Of a stretch of DNA of 64,000 bases, positions 58,705 to 64,000 are shown one piece after another (within the stretch, counting starts at the first letter, position 1; each line of letters starts with the position of its first letter). Under the pieces are notes generated by a model. That model saw only the letters and a program-made list of their open reading frames with translations, ran no database searches and was not told where the DNA came from. The position numbers and the translations under genes are program-made. Location: the NCBI GenBank assembly GCA_030522375.1, contig CP130488.1, positions 1,253,005 to 1,317,004 on the forward strand, in the 5' to 3' direction. This stretch comes from Methanosuratincola petrocarbonis (GTDB lineage Archaea; Thermoproteota; Methanomethylicia; Methanomethylicales; Methanomethylicaceae).

Positions 58705-59988
58705 ATGTGGTTAGTTGCTTTGGCGATGGTGCTCGGCGCTTATGCGGCGGTAAACACGCTTGGGCGATTCCTGCCTGATATGCAGTATTATTTCGCGAGT
58801 GTTATCGCTTGGGCAGCTGTGACGGCAGCGATCATACTGATGGACAGACGGATGCGTATGGGAAACCTGGCGTCCTTCAGGCTAAACAAGAGGGTTATTC
58901 TTAACGCGCTGTACCTGGCAGCCCTTCAGCTTGCTGCCCTAATTTCGACAGGCTTCTTCATGGGGTTCGGGAGGTCCCCCTATTCGCTTGTCCCTCTTTT
59001 TATTGTCGTGAACACTGCCTTCTTTGGGACAAGCATAGTAGCATTCGAGTTCGCCAGGGCATACCTGATAAAGAGCTGCTCCAAGAAGAGGATCTTTCTT
59101 GGGCTGGTTTTGGTCTCACTCCTTTTCACGGCAATATCTTTCAATTTTGCGGCGTACACAACTGCATTCGAAGGGACACGTTTCTTCGAATTCTTTGGGG
59201 GGAGAGTGATCCCAGCATTTGCCATTAACTTCGCAGCCTCGTATCTGGCACTTCTCGGGGGACCGACATCCTCACTCGCGTATATGTTCCCGATACAGGC
59301 TTTCCAGTGGCTTTCACCCATTCTTCCGAACCCTGACTGGGCAGTGAGGGGTCTCGTGAACGCAGCAATCCCTGCCCTTGGGATGCTGTTTCTGAATGAG
59401 GGTGTCAGAACGGGAATTTTGGTCAGGTACGGGCTGATCAGGAAGACAGACCTCAGGAAATTCCCGAAAAAGTCCTCAGTCCTGCCCTGGGTGCTGGTCC
59501 TGATTGTAGCCATGACAATACTCTGGGTCCCTACAGGGCTGCTCGGGTTCAAGCCCACGGTTGTTGCCAGCAGCAGCATGAGCCCGACGCTCGAGATCGG
59601 CGACGTCGTGATAGCGGTTCCATCGGATCCCAGCGATGTAAAGACCGGCGACATCGTCCAGTACACGCGGGCAGGGTACCAAATATCAATTACCCACAGG
59701 GTCATTAGCGTCGAGCCTTCGGGGAACACATACATAATCACTACGAAGGGTGACGCCAACAACATCGCCGACGACCCGATAAGCGTGACTGGGAAGATTG
59801 GGAAGGTTGTGCGAGTGATCCCTAAGATCGGGTGGGTGACAATATACCTTAGGAACCTCGTTTCTGACCTCCTGCAGTTCGGTAGCAGAGGTTCGGTCGC
59901 GCCGGCTTCGGTCGCCCCGATCTTGTGGGATGGTCTTATGATGCGTATTCAAAACATTGAGGAAGGGGGGTTATGCCTTGAGACATAG
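58705..59988 (+). CDS. sipW: SipW/Sec11-type (S26B) signal peptidase fused to an N-terminal multi-TM domain
   Basis: VASSSMSPTL..GDVV (Ser), ITHRV (His), TKGDANN; about 7-8 TM segments upstream of the peptidase domain. Confidence 0.85.
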   Translation: MWLVALAMVLGAYAAVNTLGRFLPDMQYYFASVIAWAAVTAAIILMDRRMRMGNLASFRLNKRVILNALYLAALQLAALISTGFFMGFGRSPYSLVPLFIVVNTAFFGTSIVAFEFARAYLIKSCSKKRIFLGLVLVSLLFTAISFNFAAYTTAFEGTRFFEFFGGRVIPAFAINFAASYLALLGGPTSSLAYMFPIQAFQWLSPILPNPDWAVRGLVNAAIPALGMLFLNEGVRTGILVRYGLIRKTDLRKFPKKSSVLPWVLVLIVAMTILWVPTGLLGFKPTVVASSSMSPTLEIGDVVIAVPSDPSDVKTGDIVQYTRAGYQISITHRVISVEPSGNTYIITTKGDANNIADDPISVTGKIGKVVRVIPKIGWVTIYLRNLVSDLLQFGSRGSVAPASVAPILWDGLMMRIQNIEEGGLCLET

Positions 59989-60712
59989 GTCAAGAAGACT
60001 TGTTAAGAAGGTTTTGATTATCGGATTCTTGCCGGTTCTGATTCTGGCCGCACTCGGAAACACTTACGCGTTGCTCTTCCAGACGCTTGAGATACATGGG
60101 GTAGTACATACTGGCTTCTGGGGCGGGGGAGGCGTGGAGGGGCCCTGTGTAGGCATACAGAAGACCCTCGACGGCGCCTTCACCAACGCCACCACTGGGG
60201 AGGACCTTTCCGAAAGGACCGACCTCATACACATCGGGAACGCAAACCCCCCTTATTTCCCAACGAAGTTCAAACTGACGATCTGCGTCCACAACTGCGG
60301 CAATGAGACGCTTACAGGAGTGGTCGTGACCGACCGGCTGGAGAACCAGTTCGGGGTGATCAACTGGAGTGCAAACACGGGAGATGTGACCATACTGAGC
60401 TTCCCCGGTCCGGGGAACTACAGCAATGAGTACATAGTCTGGGAGGTCGGGGCGCTACAAGACGGGGAAGGCGCCTGCCTTGAGATGTGGATCCAGACCC
60501 TCCAAAACCCTGCTGGCTGGTACGCACCAACATCGGGCGGCACGACATATATCATCAATCAAGGGGCATCGGTCTTTGCCACAAGCAGCAGTGGAGACCT
60601 ATGGGCGAACACGGGTAGCCTCTCGATATCGCTCTCTCCAGAGGGCGACAATCACATTGCGACAATATTGACCCAGCTGCCTTACTCGACACCATGGGAG
60701 TACAGCCCCTGA
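59978..60712 (+). CDS. Third SipW-type substrate with DUF11-like Ig domain (minor subunit)
   Basis: NTYA then LLFQTLEIHGVVHTG; LTICVHNCGNETLTGVVVTDRL; TTG at 59978 after GGAAGGGGGG. Confidence 0.75.
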   Translation: MRHRSRRLVKKVLIIGFLPVLILAALGNTYALLFQTLEIHGVVHTGFWGGGGVEGPCVGIQKTLDGAFTNATTGEDLSERTDLIHIGNANPPYFPTKFKLTICVHNCGNETLTGVVVTDRLENQFGVINWSANTGDVTILSFPGPGNYSNEYIVWEVGALQDGEGACLEMWIQTLQNPAGWYAPTSGGTTYIINQGASVFATSSSGDLWANTGSLSISLSPEGDNHIATILTQLPYSTPWEYSP

Positions 60713-60762
60713 CTGAAATTTTTTTGTAAAAATTTAATAGTTTGAAAAATAGGAATATAACT

Positions 60763-61773
60763 ATGAAGATCTCCATATTAAAAATTGCAATCGTTGTATT
60801 CATAATAGCTTCAACAATAAGCGCTGTTGGCCTAACGTATGCCTATCTTACCCCGACAGAAAGTGTCGAAACTACGATCAAGGCAATCTACAGGCACACG
60901 GGTAGTTACGACTATGTGGCTCACATTGCCCCCAACCTGATATACAACAGGACGGAAGTCGGCCCGGATGTGCAGAGGGTCTACACCAATCTGCTCGAGT
61001 GGATGGATCTCTACTTCGCATACAGCTTTGTCACAAACGCATCTGTCATTAGCCTAGATTCAGATATTTCCCTTAAAGTAGCAATAGAGTCGCCCAATAG
61101 GTGGGGCAGGGAGTTGACTGCTGCTGAGGCAGCAGCACTTGCCAACCTAAGCATCGGGGATACCGGATTCCATCTCACCGTGAACAAGAGTTCCCTGGAC
61201 GCGTTCGTGAAGCTGCTCGACCTCGAGACTGGTACAAGCACTACCGAGTACAACCTGAGGATCACGCCTACGGTATTGACCAGTGCGGTCACATCCTCCG
61301 GAAATGTGCAGGATAAGTTTGCGCCAGAGACCAATGTCTCCTTCAAGCAGGACACAGGCGGCAGATATTTGACGGTCTCTCCGCTCAGCTCTTCGAAGGA
61401 GGGAAAATTAGTTGAGACCAAGCAGGTCAAATACGAATACGTGGTCAATCAGAGGATCCTGTTCGCGGTCTCTCTCTTGGCGTCACTGGCAGGGCTCGCA
61501 TTCACTGGATGGACGTACTTCAGAAAACGGCAGCCGAAGAGCCGTTCCGAGCTAGTCGGGCGAATACTTAGCGCAAACAGGGATGTTATAGTGAAAGCCA
61601 AGATCGATGAGGAGGAGGCGACAAAACGCGTGGAAGTCAAGGACTTCGAGGAGCTCAGGAAGCTCGCCGAGATTCTGGCAAGACCGATCTTGCACACGCT
61701 GACTGATAAGGAGCACCAGTTCTCGGTGTTTGACAATGGCACTAGGTACACATACAAGATTTCCGAAGAGTAA
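60763..61773 (+). CDS. DUF5305-like membrane-anchored protein
   Basis: N-terminal TM ending TYAY, HTGSYDY, extracellular beta domain, C-terminal TM, VEVKDFEEL.KLA....PIL tail. Confidence 0.65.
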   Translation: MKISILKIAIVVFIIASTISAVGLTYAYLTPTESVETTIKAIYRHTGSYDYVAHIAPNLIYNRTEVGPDVQRVYTNLLEWMDLYFAYSFVTNASVISLDSDISLKVAIESPNRWGRELTAAEAAALANLSIGDTGFHLTVNKSSLDAFVKLLDLETGTSTTEYNLRITPTVLTSAVTSSGNVQDKFAPETNVSFKQDTGGRYLTVSPLSSSKEGKLVETKQVKYEYVVNQRILFAVSLLASLAGLAFTGWTYFRKRQPKSRSELVGRILSANRDVIVKAKIDEEEATKRVEVKDFEELRKLAEILARPILHTLTDKEHQFSVFDNGTRYTYKISEE

Positions 61774-61776
61774 AAC

Positions 61777-61801
61777 TTTTTTAGTTTTTTATTCAATTTT
61801 T
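61777..61801 (+). terminator. T-tract terminator
   Basis: TTTTTTAGTTTTTTATTCAATTTTT. Confidence 0.55.
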
Positions 61802-61910
61802 GTATTACAGATAAACATAATAATGTTTTTATATTGTGTTAATAATATATTGATGGAATCCAGTTTCTAGGATTGACAGTTATCCGTCCGGAGGAAGACA
61901 GGGGATAGAT

Positions 61911-62186
61911 TTGGGAAAATCCAAGAGGGCACTATTTGATGTCCTATCCTCGATACTCGAAGTGGCTGATAAGAAGGGCGGGGTGAACAAGACTGCAATA
62001 GTGTACAATGCAAACCTCAACTTCCTCCGTGCCGAAGAGCACATAAGGCTGCTGGTGAACCACGGGCTCCTGAGCACCTTGCAAGACGGAACGAAGTACT
62101 GCACAACAGAGAAGGGGAGAGAGTTCCTCCAGCAGTACAGAAGCCTCTTGCGACTGATTAGACAAAACAACGGATTGAAGGATTAA
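61911..62186 (+). CDS. Winged helix-turn-helix transcriptional regulator (archaeal HTH_45-like)
   Basis: R....SIL...KTAIVYNANLNF......L...GLL......Y.TTEKGREFL. Confidence 0.85.
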   Translation: MGKSKRALFDVLSSILEVADKKGGVNKTAIVYNANLNFLRAEEHIRLLVNHGLLSTLQDGTKYCTTEKGREFLQQYRSLLRLIRQNNGLKD

Positions 62187-62453
62187 CTTTTTCAGGCAAT
62201 TTCACTTGGGCTGGTATTTTTCTAGGGCTCGCTCAACTCGGGGCGGTCCGCCCAGTTCCGTTCTGAGAATTCTGTCCTTTTGCAGACTTCTTTTCGGTTA
62301 GACGATACTTCTGTAACCCCTGTTCCCGAGCGCGGCTGAACCGTCGCGTCTAAAGTAAAAGAATTCTACTACCAACCACCTTTTTGTACATGATTGTTAA
62401 CAAGGGATATATCCTGAATGGGATAGAGAATACCACCATAGCGGTGACCGACC

Positions 62454-62895
62454 TTGTGCGACTGGTGCAGCAAGCACGGCGCTGGGAAGAAGTGGTACCT
62501 GAATGCCAGAAACTACTCGAATGAGCTGGGACGAGCTGAGGGCAAAGGAGTACCTGAGCGAGCAGTGGACCAACTTCGAGCAGGTCTACATAAGGAAGAT
62601 TATGGGGATATCCTCCGTCGACCTGGGCTACAAGCTCAAGCTCCCGATAATCGGGAGGATGCTACGATGGCAGGCAGAGAGGATGATCCACAGTGAGTCT
62701 AAGAACCGGAACCCGAGGAGGGCGGATGGGCACTTCGGCCAGGTCATCCCCCTCGAGGAGGCAAAGATAATCCTGGGGAACCTCGCAGCCGAGCCGATCT
62801 CGAACGGGTCAACCTCGGTCATTTCATGGAGAAGCTGTGCTTTCATGGGCATAAACGGCTCATCCGCGACAAGGTCTCAAACTATCGACCCTTGA
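62454..62895 (+). pseudogene. Frameshifted, truncated N-terminal fragment of a probable 4Fe-4S protein
   Basis: MCDWCSKHGAGKKWYLNARNYSNEL switches frame near 62530 to DELRAKEYL...GHFGQVIPLEEAK; no ferredoxin Cys motifs follow before the stop. Confidence 0.6.
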
Positions 62896-63091
62896 GCTTT
62901 TAAGCAATATGAGGAGCAAATTTACATAGTTTGAAGGGAGCTCATTATCGGTCTGAATGATTGAGCACTATGGAAAAGAGAGCTCTGTTGAAATACAAGT
63001 CAACGGAAGTGAATGTGAGAGGGATGGGGAGACCCCAACCCGAATCCAGCTTTGTCCTGGAAATGTCTACTCGAAAGATGGAGATCAAGTT

Positions 63092-63976
63092 CTACTTCAA
63101 GACCTTACCTGTCATCGCGTACCAAAGGTAGAGATCCAGCTCCGCAAGGCTTACGCCCAAAGCGCTGGAGATTGCGGACAGGAGCCTCTCGATCGAGAGG
63201 TATCTCCTGCGCGAGAGCGTCCGCGGGATCGAGCTGATCAGACCCTTCTGGTGTAGAAAGCGGAGTATGTGCCTGTCTATGATGGCGACGTCCTTCCGTC
63301 CTACATTCCTCAGGAAGTGGCTCGCCTCCTTGTACCCCAAGCCTTTGACGTTTTCGACGAGCCACTCCCTAGCCGCGCAATCGCCCATACTTAGTGCCTG
63401 GAGGATCCCCTCGCAGAGATGCCTCGCCCCGCATATGAACTCCGCGCGCTTGTTAGGGAACCTGTGCCCGAGCGACCTCAAGGACCACGCCATCTCCTGC
63501 ACCGGCTTGCTCATGAAGTGCTGCTTTAGGCTCTGCTGTATCCTGATCCCCCCTTCTGCTGTGTAGTTGGCAGTAAGGATGCAGAAGCAGAGCTCGCTGA
63601 AGATCTCGCCTGGATCCATCCGCGCACCTACCGCCTCGAACTCCCTGATCCGCTCCTCGACGCGGGGGCGGATCGACTCGACGATACCCCTGAGCTCCCC
63701 GAGAAAGTCCAGCCTGGCATAGGTTACCTCAAAGCATTTTCCCCGATCCTCGGAAGGCGAAAAGCTCCATACGGCGTAATCCACGCCGTGCGATTCCCGT
63801 AGAATCAAGGCGAGGTCGTCAAAGTAATCCGCGGCGCAGCAACTCTGACTGATCTGCCCGCAGAAAAGGACGACGAGCCGCCTTTCCCATTCCTCCAGGA
63901 TCTCGGCGCTGACCTCCCCAGAGTGCATCCTATTGAAACACTCAATCGCTTTCGCAGTCTTGGTTGAGATCGGCAT
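63092..63976 (-). CDS. ogg: 8-oxoguanine DNA glycosylase/AP lyase (OGG2 type) with an extra about 90-aa N-terminal domain
   Basis: ELCFCILTAN, HRFPNKRA, VKGLGYKEASHFLRNVG, IIDRHI, C-terminal WY..TGKVLK. Confidence 0.92.
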   Translation of the reverse strand: MPISTKTAKAIECFNRMHSGEVSAEILEEWERRLVVLFCGQISQSCCAADYFDDLALILRESHGVDYAVWSFSPSEDRGKCFEVTYARLDFLGELRGIVESIRPRVEERIREFEAVGARMDPGEIFSELCFCILTANYTAEGGIRIQQSLKQHFMSKPVQEMAWSLRSLGHRFPNKRAEFICGARHLCEGILQALSMGDCAAREWLVENVKGLGYKEASHFLRNVGRKDVAIIDRHILRFLHQKGLISSIPRTLSRRRYLSIERLLSAISSALGVSLAELDLYLWYAMTGKVLK

Positions 63977-64000
63977 CGGCTAAGTCTGTGTCAACTCCGT

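Noticed and set aside
62957-63256. ORF overlapping the ogg 3' end
   Set aside because: It overlaps ogg on the opposite strand and has no recognisable features.
62788-63980. Inverted near-repeat GCCGA(T)GCCGATCTC at 62788 and 63980 as inversion breakpoints
   Set aside because: 14-15 nt with an indel in GC-rich DNA, and the ogg gene inside is intact; likely chance.
1-64000. CRISPR array, rRNA, integrase or intact transposase
   Set aside because: No regularly spaced repeats, rRNA signatures or recombinase/transposase ORFs were found by eye.

Overview
GC-rich archaeal chromosomal segment. The TACK-type information-processing gene set (short XPF, Csl4, Rpo4/Rpo11, TFS, Nop10) plus an mtaA-corrinoid methyltransferase pair suggests a methylotrophic methanogen of the Methanomethylicia/Verstraetearchaeota type; this is inference, not proof. 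Most of the window is core genome: a translation/replication superoperon (eIF5A to Nop10, about 11.0-27.2 kb), aglB, ileS, topA, argGH, the CoA genes coaBC-pok-pps, carS, XPD, the archaeal modified mevalonate genes ubiD/acnX, tmk, XPF and tRNA-Leu(CAG). Two accessory blocks stand out. (1) About 4.7-10.9 kb: mtaA/corrinoid genes, a two-gene operon with a TULIP/P47-like protein carrying a C-terminal Ada-type Zn domain, and a heliorhodopsin broken by two compensating frameshifts. (2) About 57.0-62.9 kb, beside tRNA-Leu: a complete-looking SipW/TasA-type fibre locus resembling archaeal bundling pili. It has two major donor-strand subunits, a membrane-fused SipW-type peptidase, a minor subunit, a DUF5305-like anchor and a wHTH regulator, followed by a decayed Fe-S protein gene. 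Other points of note: an OSTC/OST3-OST6-like small membrane protein, a CysRS without its anticodon-binding domain, an OGG glycosylase with an extra N-terminal domain, and 3-4 dispersed IS200/IS605-type right-end hairpins with no transposase gene in the window. All family assignments come from motif recognition by eye and need HMM or structure confirmation.
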